This document shows, piece after piece, positions 8,801 to 19,932 of a DNA stretch of 64,000 bases. A model generated the notes under the pieces. That model made no database searches. It was given only the letters and a program-made list of their open reading frames with translations, and was not told the DNA's origin. The stretch is taken from NCBI GenBank assembly GCA_963674825.1, contig OY771587.1, positions 2,784,001 to 2,848,000 of the forward strand. Direction: 5' to 3'. Positions within the stretch are counted from its first letter, which is position 1. Each line of letters begins with the position of its first letter. This stretch comes from Candidatus Cloacimonadales bacterium (GTDB taxonomy: Bacteria; Cloacimonadota; Cloacimonadia; Cloacimonadales; JAIOQZ01). The position numbers and the translations under genes are program-made.

Positions 8801-11800
8801 ATGAAGCGAATCCTACTTGTTCTCATCCTCACTATTGCGGGAATGACAGTTTTGCATGCGCAGAACGTAGCGCCTGTCGTCGCCAATCCGGTTGATGACT
8901 TCAGCTTTCCTGAGGACAATACCGATTACAGCATCAACCTCAACGAGGTGTTTTACGACGCCAACAACGATCCGCTGGATTTCTCCTATGAAGGGGGCGA
9001 CCAGATCACCGTGGTGATTACAAACGGACTCGTTGGGCTTACACCAGAGCAGAATTGGAATGGCTCAGAGACCATCACTTTCACTGCGACCGACGTATAT
9101 GGCGAGAACGCGAGTGAGGCGGTGACGGTAACAGTTACTCCCGTAAACGACGCACCCTACGTAGAAAACCCGGTGGATTTCCACTCGGTTGCCTATAACT
9201 CGGTCGATTCCAGCCTGAATCTGAACTTTGTATTTGACGACTACGATATCGTTTACGGCGACTTCCTGGTCTATGATTATTATGGTGACAACCAGATAGA
9301 TGTCAGCATCAACAATGGCGTCGTGACATTGATCCCAGCTCCATACTGGTCTGGAACCGAAACCATTACCTTCACGGCGGAGGATACCGGCGGTTTGATC
9401 GTCGAGCACGAAATCCTCATGACGGTTCCGTCTCCGGCGATTGCAAACGTTTCGGTCACGCCGAACCCCTTCTCGCCGGACTTCGACGGTCAGAAAGACG
9501 AAACGACCATTAACTACTACGTTAGCGGTAACGGCATCACCACGATTTACATTTTCGACGAATTTAATGTGGTGGTCTATGAGGTCGATGTCCAGGCAGC
9601 TGCCGGTTGGAATGAACACGACTGGGATGGTAGCTCGAACACGGGCGCTTATCCGGGTATCGTTCCGGATGGAAGCTATGGCCTGGGAATCATCCTCGGT
9701 ACAGCCGAATACATATGCGATTTTAACATTAAAGTCGATACAGCCCCGCCGATCATCGATATTCTTGCCAGCTATCCGAATCCGTTCTCTCCGAACGACG
9801 ACGGTTTTAACGACTTCCATCAGGTGCGCTTCCAGGTGGACGATGTGATCGTCAGCTATATCGGCTTGATCCGCGTCAACCTCTGGCGCGAAGAAAACGA
9901 CCCCGCCATGAACTACGTTTCAACTAACTTCGTGGAAGAGGCCGACGGGCTCACGATTACCGAACCGGACTTGAGTGTATTCGACGAACTCACCGATGGC
10001 GGTTACTGCTTCGTGGTGCGCGTTGGAGGAAACGAGCCGAATCACACGGTAACACTCTCACCCGGTGCGCAATACGACTTGATTATCGGCGGAAACGGCA
10101 GCAGCGAGCACAACCGGGTCGAGATCGAGACCGGTACCAGCATGTTCAAGATCGGGAACGTTAACTACCCGTATCTTACGGTTAGCGGCGTTGGGTCGGA
10201 CGACCATGAATCGCAGAACGAAGATAACTACACCGGTTACGACTACTTGCGTCTGTTCATCGTGGAAGGTAACTGCACGTTCAACATCTTCAACGATGGC
10301 GGCAGCCCTTACAGTTTGAATGACTTATACGATATTTACTACGGCGATTTCCAGAATGTCGAGCATCCGCTCTATCCCGGTACGCTGCTTTCTCCCAACT
10401 TCAAATATAATGTCACGGTCCCGGGTAACATCGAGATCGACGACGAGATAATGCCAGATGGACGTTATATTTATCGTATTATCGTGACTGATCAGGCGAT
10501 GCACGCTCAGGAGGAATCCGGTGAATTGCTGGTGAATAACTATCCAATCGAGGTGACATCGTCAGTCAATCCCGGGACAATCTCACCGCAGAATCTGGAC
10601 GGCTATTTCGACCAGGCGGTGATCCAGTATCAAGTCTCCGAGCGCGGTTACGTGACGGTGAAAGTCTGGGATGTTTTTGCCGATACAGTTGTGGCGACAC
10701 TCGTGGATGCGGTTGATACACCGACATCTAATTATACACTTTGGAACGGCCTCAACTATATGGGCGATCCGGTAGCGGTTGGCGACCAGCTCGAATACGA
10801 GGTGGAAGTCACTGCTCAGGACGTTTCCATCAGCGAGGATGTGGTCAGCTTGCACCTGCCGATTGTGGTTGATAATGTCGGCCCCGAGCCAGCGGATATT
10901 TTCCTGCTGGGTGGCGAAACGTATGTCAATACGCCCGATATCACCATGGCAGGAATCAGCAACGATGTCACATCCGAAGTGCTGCTCTACCTGAACGACG
11001 TCTATCAGGGCGTTGTGCAGACCACACCGGATTACCCCGGTTACTTCGAATTCCCGGTTACGCTCGAAGAGGGTGCAAATGAGATTTACGTGCGCTTGCG
11101 AGATGTGGCCTACAACCTCGGCAGTGCATCCAACGCGGTGACAGTCTATCTAGATTCGTCAGCGCCTTTCATTGATCCACTCTTCCCACCGCCGGACACG
11201 CTTTTCCGTCAGGATTCCATCCGCGTGAAAGCATATGTGAACGATAATACCGGTATCGGCGTTGATCAGAACACGGTCAAATTCGGATTCTCACTCTATG
11301 GCAATGCGGTAAGCTGGCATTTGGCTACACGTCAGAATCCGACATCCAGCACCTATTACTACGATTACCTTGTCGATGATGATATCGAACAGCTCGAGAT
11401 CGAAATGTGGGTAAAGGCTGCCGACTTACTCGGTAACACGGCCGTAACCGGTGACTCGGTTTATTTTGAATACCGTGCCATCATTCCACCTGAGATTATG
11501 AGCTATAATCCATCGGATGGCGCTGTTGTGAACGCATTGACCGATAACCATATAGCATGCGTTGTGCACGACTACGAAGGTGCAGGCATGAATTTCAATG
11601 GCAGCCAGATTCTGGTGATAGACGATAATGGTGCTTATGTAGCCGGAACGAGGGTTTTCGTTGCTCTTGGCGACGACGATTACCAGTTCAACTTCACTCC
11701 GAACAGCGCGCTTGCCAATGGGCCATACGAGGTTCGATGGGCGGTGCAGGACAACTATCAGGGCGAAAGCGGTGGCTCGGTAACACGGGATACTACGAAT

Positions 11801-14800
11801 TTTATATTCGACAGCAGCATCCCGATCGCATCCGGCGCGAAGGTGTGCAACGATGAGTTCGAGACCCCGGTCTTCGATAACATGATTATCAACCACACCA
11901 TCCAGTGGGTGCAGATCGACATGACCGACGCGATATCTTCGATTGATACTTCAACTTCCTATGTACACCTGCACGACGGAGCCGGTAACCAGATTGATGG
12001 GACCTTGCACTTCGAAGAAGAAACTGTAATCTGGACGCTTACCCACGAGATCGAGGTTAACGAAGAGAACTCTGGCGGCTACTCGGTGCGCTACCGTGCA
12101 CGGGATATAGCCGGAAATGCGCTGAATGGTCGTATCGATTTCATGTTAACCGCTTCCAACGCACCGCAGGTCAGTCAGCGAATTCCCACGCCAGATTCGA
12201 TCGTGAATGAGCTTACGGATGACACGATTTCCATCCTGTTCACCGAAGCGATCGGTGTAAACGACGACCCGAACGATACTTACATCATCCTTCATCCGCC
12301 AACTGGTAGTGCAATCGAGGATGGTAATGGTGCGACTTTGAGTCTGGACGATACGCAAGCTCCGCTTTACACGCTGAACCTGACGTTGGATGATTCGATC
12401 TCGCAGATTGGTGATTATGAAGTAGAATATAGACTGGAGAACACCGACGGCGTTGCTTTCGGCGAGACCTACACATTCTCGTTCGACAATATCCTGCCGA
12501 CCGTAGACAACATTGGCCTCTATATGGAAGACAATACCTACGAATATATTGAAGGTGACGAGGAGATCAATCAGCCAATCGTGTTCTGCGAGGCAAATGT
12601 CTCGGATAACTACGCGGTCGCGATCGATTCCTGTTTCATCCGCGTCTATGATGACGAAGGCGACCTGGTGCCGGGTGTTGGTACGCAACCAACGAGCAAC
12701 ACCATACGCTATACTTTCAACACGCTGCTCAAGGCGATCAACAAAGATTTTACCGTGGTTACCACCGTGAAAGACATGGCTGGAAACACCTATACCAGCA
12801 ACATCACGTTCTTGCTCAATACTGTGCAAGCGGATTTCTATCCGAAGGATCTCTCCTATCAGAACGGTTCGATCGATCATGTGTCCGTCGAAGTATATGA
12901 GCTGATGGAAGAGGATATCGATACCAACCACAGCTTCATCGAAGTGCTGCACCCGGACGGAAACATCATCGGTGATCCGACCACTCCGAGCGAAGGCTCG
13001 GGTGCGACACTCGGTTTTGCTTACACCGATACAACGACGGTTATCAACCTGCAATTCCAGGAAGAGCTTTCTGCAACCGGCGTTGATGATGGACAATTCG
13101 AAGTGAGAGTGTATCTTGTGCTGGAAGCGGGTGAGGAAATACCCATGGGCTACACCTTCACCTACGACCGTACCAAGCCAGTCTACAGCAATCTTCAGGT
13201 CAATTCCTACCCAGTCACGCTTACCGACCGGACAAAGGAATCGAATCAGCCATCATTTGGCGTGAGCATCAACCGCGAGATGATTGATACTAATCGTAAA
13301 GACCAGCTACGTGGATTCTTGCGTAGCGATTATTACTCGGGCCGTATCGATTCACTGACGGTCAATTTCTTTGACGCCACATCCGGTCTGAATCCGGCTC
13401 CGAACCTTACCTACCTGGTTCTTCAAGATTCGAATGGCGATCTCGTTTCTGGTGTGAAGCGCGTATCTGGAAGCCAGTATCGCTGGATATTGAACGATCC
13501 CATCTTGCCGGGTGAGGATGATTCTGCTTATTACACCATCGCATTGAAAGCGACCGATATGGCTGGTAACTCCAAGATCTATTCCTACTCATTCCTTTTT
13601 GTCTCCGATCCAACTCCAGAGCTGATCGAATGGGAACCATGGGGTATGGATTACACTTACGTCAACACCCATGAGTTCGATCCTCCGCAGTTTGAAGGCG
13701 AGTTCAAGGACTACTTCGGTATCGTCGAGGATTGGGATCTGACTTACATTCGCATGGTATTCCCCAGTGGCGATTCTGTCTATTCACCGCATGGCGGAGA
13801 CCTCTATTACGAACCGACCGATTCGAGCATGGTCGTCCGGCTGGAGCTGGATGGCGATCTGCATACCGATGGGGAAGACGATGGTCTCTATACGATCAGC
13901 ATCCGTGCCGAAAACGAGCTTGGCGCAGTATATCATGAGTATCAGTATATGATGTACGATACCGTAGCACCGGAACCGATCGAGGTTCTCTATCGCGACA
14001 TCAATGGTATCTACCATGAAGTATCGGGTGACAGTACCGAATCGAGTAACGGCGTAGCCGCGATTCAGGTGAAGTACTCCGATCTCACATCTGGCATGTA
14101 CTATACTCCGAACCTGACCAAGGTAACGCTGTTCGATCCGAGCGGCGAGATTGTGGCCGGTTCGCACTCCTACGGGCCATTTGTGGACAGCGATTCACTG
14201 GTCATATGGACCTTGCGAGAACCACTCGCCAACAACGGATCTGATGACGGTGAGTACAGTATCCATCTCGAAGCGACCGACAAGGCCGGAAACTTGATGC
14301 GGCAACAAGTTCCGCTGACAGTCTATTCCCCGGTTCAGCCTACTGAATTCAGCTGGGCACTGGATGCAGTTTATCGCGTGCATCTGAACTGGGAGCACTA
14401 TGTTCCGGGGGCGACCAACCTGCGTTCGAACAAGGGACGGAAGGATCAACCGCTACAACAGACGCGCTCTCTCTCCTACTACTCGGTCAAGCGGCAGCGA
14501 GACAATGGAGACTGGCGTGAAATCGCGCAGACAACCAACGATTATTACACTGACGATCTGCTTGAGCAGCCGGACGGTACCTATATTTACAGCCTGACCG
14601 CGGTTTACACCTCCGGTAGCAGCGATGAGCTTCTGACCGACGATATCGTGATCAAGCGGTTCGCGAATGTCACGTTCACCGTTCTGGAATCAGATGAAAC
14701 TACTCCGATCGAGGATGTGCGCATCGAGATGATCGGTGACGACGGCCTCTACAACATGGAATTCAACGAGCTTACGGACGACACGGGCGTGGTTTCACTC

Positions 14801-15235
14801 TCGGGTGTCTATATGGAACTCTATGCAGTGACCCTCGAGAAAACTGGATACGAACCGGTCAGTCTGTCCATCGATATCGACAGCGATCCAGCCGAATACA
14901 GCCTCACGATGGGACCTGCCTCGTCAATCGCCGACGTGGAGCCCAAGAAGACCGCGATGTATCAGAACTACCCGAATCCGTTCAATCCCGAGACGAAGGT
15001 TAAGTTCGGGCTCAAATACGACGCGAAAGTGGAAATCCAGATATACAACACGCGTGGACAGCTCGTGAAGCAGCTCTGCGATGAGGATATGAAAGCCGGC
15101 TTCCACTCGATTAAATGGGATGGTAGAGACGAATCGGCCAAGCCGGTCTCGTCCGGTATATACTTCTGCAAGTTCAAAGCGGTGTCCGAGCAGGAAACGA
15201 TCAACGACATCCGCAAGATGATCATGTTGAAGTAA
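8801..15235 (+). CDS. Giant acidic secreted Ig-repeat surface protein with T9SS-like/FlgD-Ig C-terminal domain
   Basis: Signal peptide MKRILL..LHA; cadherin-like NWNGSETITFTATD/VNDAP; repeated DG.Y.....A.D.AGN modules; C-terminus QNYPNPFNPET...RKMIMLK. Confidence 0.88.
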   Translation: MKRILLVLILTIAGMTVLHAQNVAPVVANPVDDFSFPEDNTDYSINLNEVFYDANNDPLDFSYEGGDQITVVITNGLVGLTPEQNWNGSETITFTATDVYGENASEAVTVTVTPVNDAPYVENPVDFHSVAYNSVDSSLNLNFVFDDYDIVYGDFLVYDYYGDNQIDVSINNGVVTLIPAPYWSGTETITFTAEDTGGLIVEHEILMTVPSPAIANVSVTPNPFSPDFDGQKDETTINYYVSGNGITTIYIFDEFNVVVYEVDVQAAAGWNEHDWDGSSNTGAYPGIVPDGSYGLGIILGTAEYICDFNIKVDTAPPIIDILASYPNPFSPNDDGFNDFHQVRFQVDDVIVSYIGLIRVNLWREENDPAMNYVSTNFVEEADGLTITEPDLSVFDELTDGGYCFVVRVGGNEPNHTVTLSPGAQYDLIIGGNGSSEHNRVEIETGTSMFKIGNVNYPYLTVSGVGSDDHESQNEDNYTGYDYLRLFIVEGNCTFNIFNDGGSPYSLNDLYDIYYGDFQNVEHPLYPGTLLSPNFKYNVTVPGNIEIDDEIMPDGRYIYRIIVTDQAMHAQEESGELLVNNYPIEVTSSVNPGTISPQNLDGYFDQAVIQYQVSERGYVTVKVWDVFADTVVATLVDAVDTPTSNYTLWNGLNYMGDPVAVGDQLEYEVEVTAQDVSISEDVVSLHLPIVVDNVGPEPADIFLLGGETYVNTPDITMAGISNDVTSEVLLYLNDVYQGVVQTTPDYPGYFEFPVTLEEGANEIYVRLRDVAYNLGSASNAVTVYLDSSAPFIDPLFPPPDTLFRQDSIRVKAYVNDNTGIGVDQNTVKFGFSLYGNAVSWHLATRQNPTSSTYYYDYLVDDDIEQLEIEMWVKAADLLGNTAVTGDSVYFEYRAIIPPEIMSYNPSDGAVVNALTDNHIACVVHDYEGAGMNFNGSQILVIDDNGAYVAGTRVFVALGDDDYQFNFTPNSALANGPYEVRWAVQDNYQGESGGSVTRDTTNFIFDSSIPIASGAKVCNDEFETPVFDNMIINHTIQWVQIDMTDAISSIDTSTSYVHLHDGAGNQIDGTLHFEEETVIWTLTHEIEVNEENSGGYSVRYRARDIAGNALNGRIDFMLTASNAPQVSQRIPTPDSIVNELTDDTISILFTEAIGVNDDPNDTYIILHPPTGSAIEDGNGATLSLDDTQAPLYTLNLTLDDSISQIGDYEVEYRLENTDGVAFGETYTFSFDNILPTVDNIGLYMEDNTYEYIEGDEEINQPIVFCEANVSDNYAVAIDSCFIRVYDDEGDLVPGVGTQPTSNTIRYTFNTLLKAINKDFTVVTTVKDMAGNTYTSNITFLLNTVQADFYPKDLSYQNGSIDHVSVEVYELMEEDIDTNHSFIEVLHPDGNIIGDPTTPSEGSGATLGFAYTDTTTVINLQFQEELSATGVDDGQFEVRVYLVLEAGEEIPMGYTFTYDRTKPVYSNLQVNSYPVTLTDRTKESNQPSFGVSINREMIDTNRKDQLRGFLRSDYYSGRIDSLTVNFFDATSGLNPAPNLTYLVLQDSNGDLVSGVKRVSGSQYRWILNDPILPGEDDSAYYTIALKATDMAGNSKIYSYSFLFVSDPTPELIEWEPWGMDYTYVNTHEFDPPQFEGEFKDYFGIVEDWDLTYIRMVFPSGDSVYSPHGGDLYYEPTDSSMVVRLELDGDLHTDGEDDGLYTISIRAENELGAVYHEYQYMMYDTVAPEPIEVLYRDINGIYHEVSGDSTESSNGVAAIQVKYSDLTSGMYYTPNLTKVTLFDPSGEIVAGSHSYGPFVDSDSLVIWTLREPLANNGSDDGEYSIHLEATDKAGNLMRQQVPLTVYSPVQPTEFSWALDAVYRVHLNWEHYVPGATNLRSNKGRKDQPLQQTRSLSYYSVKRQRDNGDWREIAQTTNDYYTDDLLEQPDGTYIYSLTAVYTSGSSDELLTDDIVIKRFANVTFTVLESDETTPIEDVRIEMIGDDGLYNMEFNELTDDTGVVSLSGVYMELYAVTLEKTGYEPVSLSIDIDSDPAEYSLTMGPASSIADVEPKKTAMYQNYPNPFNPETKVKFGLKYDAKVEIQIYNTRGQLVKQLCDEDMKAGFHSIKWDGRDESAKPVSSGIYFCKFKAVSEQETINDIRKMIMLK

Positions 15236-15264
15236 AAGCCAGAAGCCAGGAGTCATGAATTTGG

Positions 15265-15295
15265 ATGGGCAATCCTTTGTGATTGCCCATTCTCT
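15265..15295 (+). terminator. Hairpin after the giant gene, probable terminator
   Basis: ATGGGCAATC-ctttgt-GATTGCCCAT, weak T tail. Confidence 0.55.
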
Positions 15296-15322
15296 ATGAA
15301 ACAAGAGTATAAAACGAGTAAA

Positions 15323-15910
15323 ATGAGCGCTATGAAAGCAGTATTTCTCGATCGTGATGGAACGATAAATAAAGACGAAGTGGGCTACATCAGCCACCCG
15401 GACGATTTCAACCTGTTTCCTGATGCAGCCAAGGCTATTGCCATGCTGAACAAGGCTGGCTACATGGTGTTCGTAGTTACCAATCAATCCGGCATCGCAC
15501 GCGGATACTACACATTCGACGACCTCGATATTATCCACAACAGAATGCATGAGCTGTTATCGAAAGAGGATGCCCACGTGGACGAAGTATTCATCTCACC
15601 CTATCACCATGAAGGAACTATTGAACCCTGGAATATCCGTCACGAAGACCGTAAGCCGGGCCTGGGGATGTTTCGTAAGGCTCAGGATAAGTACGATGTA
15701 TCAGTGCGAGAATCGTTCATGATTGGCGATAAATATTCCGATGTGGCGTTCGGGAAGAAGGCCGGAATGAAGATGATACTCGTTGAGACTGGGTATGGAC
15801 GGGAGGTGTTTCTGCGTGATCGCGAGAAGTGGGAGTTCAAGCCAGATTATATGGCGAAAGATCTATTGGCTGCTGCTAAGCTGATCTTGTGGATGGAGGA
15901 CAATCAGTAA
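15323..15910 (+). CDS. gmhB: D-glycero-D-manno-heptose 1,7-bisphosphate phosphatase (HAD IIIA); start may be 15296, 15323 or 15332
   Basis: VFLDRDGTIN, VTNQSGIARG, RKP, MIGDKYSD, TGYG. Confidence 0.85.
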   Translation: MSAMKAVFLDRDGTINKDEVGYISHPDDFNLFPDAAKAIAMLNKAGYMVFVVTNQSGIARGYYTFDDLDIIHNRMHELLSKEDAHVDEVFISPYHHEGTIEPWNIRHEDRKPGLGMFRKAQDKYDVSVRESFMIGDKYSDVAFGKKAGMKMILVETGYGREVFLRDREKWEFKPDYMAKDLLAAAKLILWMEDNQ

Positions 15911-16635
15911 AACGATGGATCCTTTGCAATCAGGATTCCGGTCAACTGCCCTGCGGCTGCGATAGCAGCTGTTTCCGCACGAACAATGTGATTCCCCAGC
16001 GTGAACGTCTCGATATTTCTATCCGAAATCCAATTTCGCTCGTCATCCGAAAATCCACCTTCAGTACCGATTACCAGACAAACATCGTGCTCACCATCAA
16101 CCAGCGTGCAACGATTTGACATCGGACGCCACTCGGAGGCAACAAGCGGTATATAGCCTGAATTCTGTAAGTATTGAACAGTCTCTTTGAATTCCATAAT
16201 CGGATGAATTGTGGGCAGATATGCGCCATCACACTGCTTCAACGCTGCGACTGAAACAGCCTCGAATTTTGCCACCGCGTTTCCGCTATCCTTGCGCACA
16301 GTGAAGTCACTCATGAACGGGAAAAATTCCTTGAATCCGAGCTCCGTGAGTTTCTCGACGATCATGTGATCGTGCTTGTTTCGAAGCAATGAGAAGGCGA
16401 TGGCGATTCGCGGAACGCCAGCCTTCTTCTCTTCGATGGACAGGATATCCAATTCTGCATGCTTCTTGCCGATCTTGACGATCACCGCTTGCGCGAGTAG
16501 CCCCGTTCCGTTGGTGAGCAGAATATTTTGGCCTGACTGTTTGCGCATGACGTGCGTCAGGTGATGAAACTCTTCGCCGGCGAGAACCGTGCGAGGGCTG
16601 TTCTGCGTGAAATCGGGACAGTAGAACGCTGGCAT
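15904..16635 (-). CDS. rsmE: 16S rRNA m3U1498 methyltransferase
   Basis: HHLTHVMR, EKLTELG, KQC, IGTEGGFS, LGNHIVRAETAA; follows dnaJ. Confidence 0.93.
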   Translation of the reverse strand: MPAFYCPDFTQNSPRTVLAGEEFHHLTHVMRKQSGQNILLTNGTGLLAQAVIVKIGKKHAELDILSIEEKKAGVPRIAIAFSLLRNKHDHMIVEKLTELGFKEFFPFMSDFTVRKDSGNAVAKFEAVSVAALKQCDGAYLPTIHPIMEFKETVQYLQNSGYIPLVASEWRPMSNRCTLVDGEHDVCLVIGTEGGFSDDERNWISDRNIETFTLGNHIVRAETAAIAAAGQLTGILIAKDPSFY

Positions 16636-17789
16636 CAGACAAAGAACTCCTTGAGCTTGTTGAGGAACGACTTACCCGGTTGCAGGCGTTTTTCGGAGTC
16701 GTACTTGGCGAGCTCTTCGAGCAAGCGCTTTTCCTCGGCGTTTACCTTGGTAGGCGTGATAACGCGTACGTGTACGTAAAGATCGCCCTTGTAGCCGCTG
16801 TTGACTTCGGGCAGCCCCTGACCTCTAATGCGGAATACCTTGCCCGACTGCGTTCCTGCCGGCACCTTCATCTTGACTTTGCCGGTAAGTGTCGGGATCT
16901 GCAATTCGGTTCCTAATGCAGCTTGCGAAAAGCTGATGGGGAAATCGCACACGAGGTTGTTTCCGTCGCGCTGGAAAATATCGTCCTCTTTTTCCTGGAT
17001 GATCACGATGATATCGCCGCGTGACCCTCCACGTCTTCCTATATTACCTTGACCGCGAAGCCTGATGTACTGACCTTCTGCCACGCCAGCAGGAATGTGG
17101 ACGTTGATAGTCTTGGTGACCGAGGTACGTCCTTCGGCGTTACACTTCGGGCATGGGTTGTCGATGATTTTGCCTTCGCCGCGACAGCTTGGGCAGGATA
17201 CGACTGTTGCCATCTGGCCGAAGAATGAACGACGAAGCTGCCGAACCTGGCCGGTGCCGTGGCACTGCGAGCAGGTCGTGCTCTTTCCGTCGCTGGAGCC
17301 GGTACCGTGGCAAGTCTCGCAGGTCTCCATCACGCTGATCTTGATCTTCTTATCGACACCGTTGGCAATTTCTTTGAGCTTGAGCGAAAGGGTCAATTGC
17401 AGGTCTTCGCCGCGGTTGGGCTGCTGACGTTGTCCGCCGCCACCGAATCCGCCGCCACCTCCGAAGAAACTCTCAAAGATGCTGCTGAAGCCACTGAAGA
17501 TGTCGCTGAATTCGCCCTGATGGGTGAAATCCTGCCATGAGAATCCGCCGCCGCCAAAGGCTCCTTCGAGTCCGGCGTGTCCATACTGGTCGTACTTCTG
17601 GCGTTTATCTGCATCGCTCAGCACTTCGTAAGCTTCCGCCGCTTCCTTGAATTTCTCTTCCGACTCAGGGTTGTCCTTGTTCTTGTCCGGATGGTATTTC
17701 ATCGCCAGTTTGCGGTATGCCTTCTTGATCTCGGCTGGATCTGCGTTTTTCTCTACTCCAAGCACTTCATAATAATCACGTTTTGCCAT
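16635..17789 (-). CDS. dnaJ: Chaperone DnaJ
   Basis: J domain HPD, G/F region, four CxxCxGxG-type repeats. Confidence 0.98.
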   Translation of the reverse strand: MAKRDYYEVLGVEKNADPAEIKKAYRKLAMKYHPDKNKDNPESEEKFKEAAEAYEVLSDADKRQKYDQYGHAGLEGAFGGGGFSWQDFTHQGEFSDIFSGFSSIFESFFGGGGGFGGGGQRQQPNRGEDLQLTLSLKLKEIANGVDKKIKISVMETCETCHGTGSSDGKSTTCSQCHGTGQVRQLRRSFFGQMATVVSCPSCRGEGKIIDNPCPKCNAEGRTSVTKTINVHIPAGVAEGQYIRLRGQGNIGRRGGSRGDIIVIIQEKEDDIFQRDGNNLVCDFPISFSQAALGTELQIPTLTGKVKMKVPAGTQSGKVFRIRGQGLPEVNSGYKGDLYVHVRVITPTKVNAEEKRLLEELAKYDSEKRLQPGKSFLNKLKEFFV

Positions 17790-17805
17790 CGATGTACCTC
17801 ATTGT

Positions 17806-17944
17806 CCCCATCCTGCCCCTCTCCCGCGAGCGGGAGAGGGTGGGTGAGGTTATATTCTTTTTGTTACAGCCAACATCCTGGGCTGTTCTCCTCTCAACTG
17901 ATTTCAGGAGAGGGTCGGTTTGACGAAGGAGAACCGGGGTGAGG
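17806..17944. repeat. Two REP-like palindromes of the CCCTCTC...GAGAGGG...GGGTGAGG type between dnaK and dnaJ
   Basis: CCCTCTCCCGC-ga-GCGGGAGAGGG-TGGGTGAGG (17817-17849); degenerate expanded copy 17888-17944 ending GGGGTGAGG. Confidence 0.7.
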
Positions 17945-17948
17945 CTCT

Positions 17949-19901
17949 TTACTCGTCGTCAACCACTTCGAAATCGGCGTCGACCGGTCCGTCATTCTTG
18001 GGCTGTTCCTGTTGCGTGCGCTGCTCGTGCGCCTGCTGGAAATCCTCGGGACCCGGCTGTGCTCCGCCTGGCTGCGCCTGTTCCTGCTGCATCTTTTGAT
18101 ACATGATCTCACCGATCTTCTGCGCTTTCTTGGCAAGCTCTTCCTTGGCCGCTTCGTAGTCTTCTTTCGTCTGTCCCTTTTCGAGCTTTTCTTTCGCTTC
18201 CTTGATCGCTTCTTCGATGTTCTTTACTTCATCATCGGAGAGCTGATCCTTGTAATCGCCAAGGCTCTTTTCAGTGCTGAAGATGAGCGTGTCGAGCTCG
18301 TTGCGGGAGGCAATGCTCTCTTTGCGCTTTTTATCTTCTTCAGCGTGAGCCTCGGCATCCTTGACCATGCGATCGATCTCATCTTCGTTCAATGAGCCGG
18401 TACGTTCGATCTTGACCGACTGCTCTTTACCGGTGCTCTTGTCCTTGGCCGAGACGTGCAGAATACCGTTGGCATCGATGTCGAAGGTGACCTCGATCTG
18501 TGGCATGCCGCGCGGTGCCGGCGGGATACCGACGAGGTCGAAACGACCCAGTGTACGATTGTCCTGTGCCATGGAACGTTCGCCCTGAAGCACATGGATG
18601 GACACCGCGGTCTGGTTGTCCGCCGCTGTCGAGAAAATCTGGCTCTTCTTGGTGGGGATGGTTGTGTTGCGCGGGATAAGCGCTGTCATCACGCCACCGA
18701 GGGTCTCGATACCCAGTGAAAGCGGAGTAACATCGAGAAGAAGGATGTTGTCGAGGTTTTCGTCGCCAGCAAGGATACCACCCTGAATCGCGGCGCCGAC
18801 GGCCACTACTTCATCCGGATTCACACTGCGATTCGGCTTTTTGCCGAAGAATTTTTCCACCGCTTCCTGAACGGCGGGGATACGCGTGCTACCGCCAACC
18901 AAAAGCACTTCGTCAACTTCACCGACGTTGAGGCCAGCGTCTTTGAGTGCGCTCTGGCACGGACGGATCGAGCGTTCGATGAGGTCCGCGGTCATGCGGT
19001 TGAACTGCGAACGGCTCAAGTTCAGGTTGAGGTGCTTGGGACCGGATGCGTCCGCCGTGATGAACGGTAGGTTGATGTCGGTGCTCTCGGTTCCGGAAAG
19101 CTCAATCTTGGCCTTTTCGGCTGCTTCTTTGAGGCGCTGCAGTGCCATGGGGTCACCTGCAAGGTCCACACCTTCGGCTTTCTTGAATTCCTGTACGATC
19201 CAGTCGATGATCTTCTTGTCGAAGTCGTCGCCGCCCAGGTGGGTGTCGCCGTTGGTGGAAAGCACTTCCACAACGCCTTCAGCGATGTCGAGGATCGAAA
19301 TATCGAAGGTTCCGCCGCCGAGGTCGTAAACCGCGACTTTCTCTTCCTTTTTATTCTCGAGACCATACGCAAGCGCTGCCGCTGTGGGCTCGTTGATGAT
19401 ACGCTTGACTTCGAGGCCGGCCACGCGGCCTGCGTCTTTGGTAGCCTGACGCTGAGCGTCGTTAAAGTATGCGGGAACCGTGATGACGGCTTCCTTGATT
19501 TCCTGACCGAGATAGGACTCGGCGGTCTCTTTCATTTTCTGCAGGACGAATGCCGAGATTTCCTGTGGAGTATATTCTTTCTGAGTATTCTCGATGTAAA
19601 CGGTTGCTTCGCCATTCTTGCCGCTGCGAACCGGGTAGCCCACGATCTCGAGTTCCGAGCCTACTTCGTTGATCTTGCGACCGACAAAGCGCTTGATCGA
19701 GGCGACTGTGTTCTTGGAGTTGGTGATTGCCTGACGCTTAGCGAGCTGGCCCACCAATTTCTGTCCGTCTTTGGAGAAGCCCACCACGGACGGGGTGGTG
19801 CGATTACCTTCCGCGTTGGTTATAACGACAGGCTTTCCGCCTTCCATCACCGCTACGCAAGAGTTGGTTGTTCCGAGGTCAATTCCTATGATCTTTCCCA
19901 T
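17949..19901 (-). CDS. dnaK: Chaperone DnaK
   Basis: [26 protein letters not shown]-terminal DADFEVV. Confidence 0.99.
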   Translation of the reverse strand: MGKIIGIDLGTTNSCVAVMEGGKPVVITNAEGNRTTPSVVGFSKDGQKLVGQLAKRQAITNSKNTVASIKRFVGRKINEVGSELEIVGYPVRSGKNGEATVYIENTQKEYTPQEISAFVLQKMKETAESYLGQEIKEAVITVPAYFNDAQRQATKDAGRVAGLEVKRIINEPTAAALAYGLENKKEEKVAVYDLGGGTFDISILDIAEGVVEVLSTNGDTHLGGDDFDKKIIDWIVQEFKKAEGVDLAGDPMALQRLKEAAEKAKIELSGTESTDINLPFITADASGPKHLNLNLSRSQFNRMTADLIERSIRPCQSALKDAGLNVGEVDEVLLVGGSTRIPAVQEAVEKFFGKKPNRSVNPDEVVAVGAAIQGGILAGDENLDNILLLDVTPLSLGIETLGGVMTALIPRNTTIPTKKSQIFSTAADNQTAVSIHVLQGERSMAQDNRTLGRFDLVGIPPAPRGMPQIEVTFDIDANGILHVSAKDKSTGKEQSVKIERTGSLNEDEIDRMVKDAEAHAEEDKKRKESIASRNELDTLIFSTEKSLGDYKDQLSDDEVKNIEEAIKEAKEKLEKGQTKEDYEAAKEELAKKAQKIGEIMYQKMQQEQAQPGGAQPGPEDFQQAHEQRTQQEQPKNDGPVDADFEVVDDE

Positions 19902-19932
19902 GATCATTCCTCCTTATCTATTTTTTTTTGTT

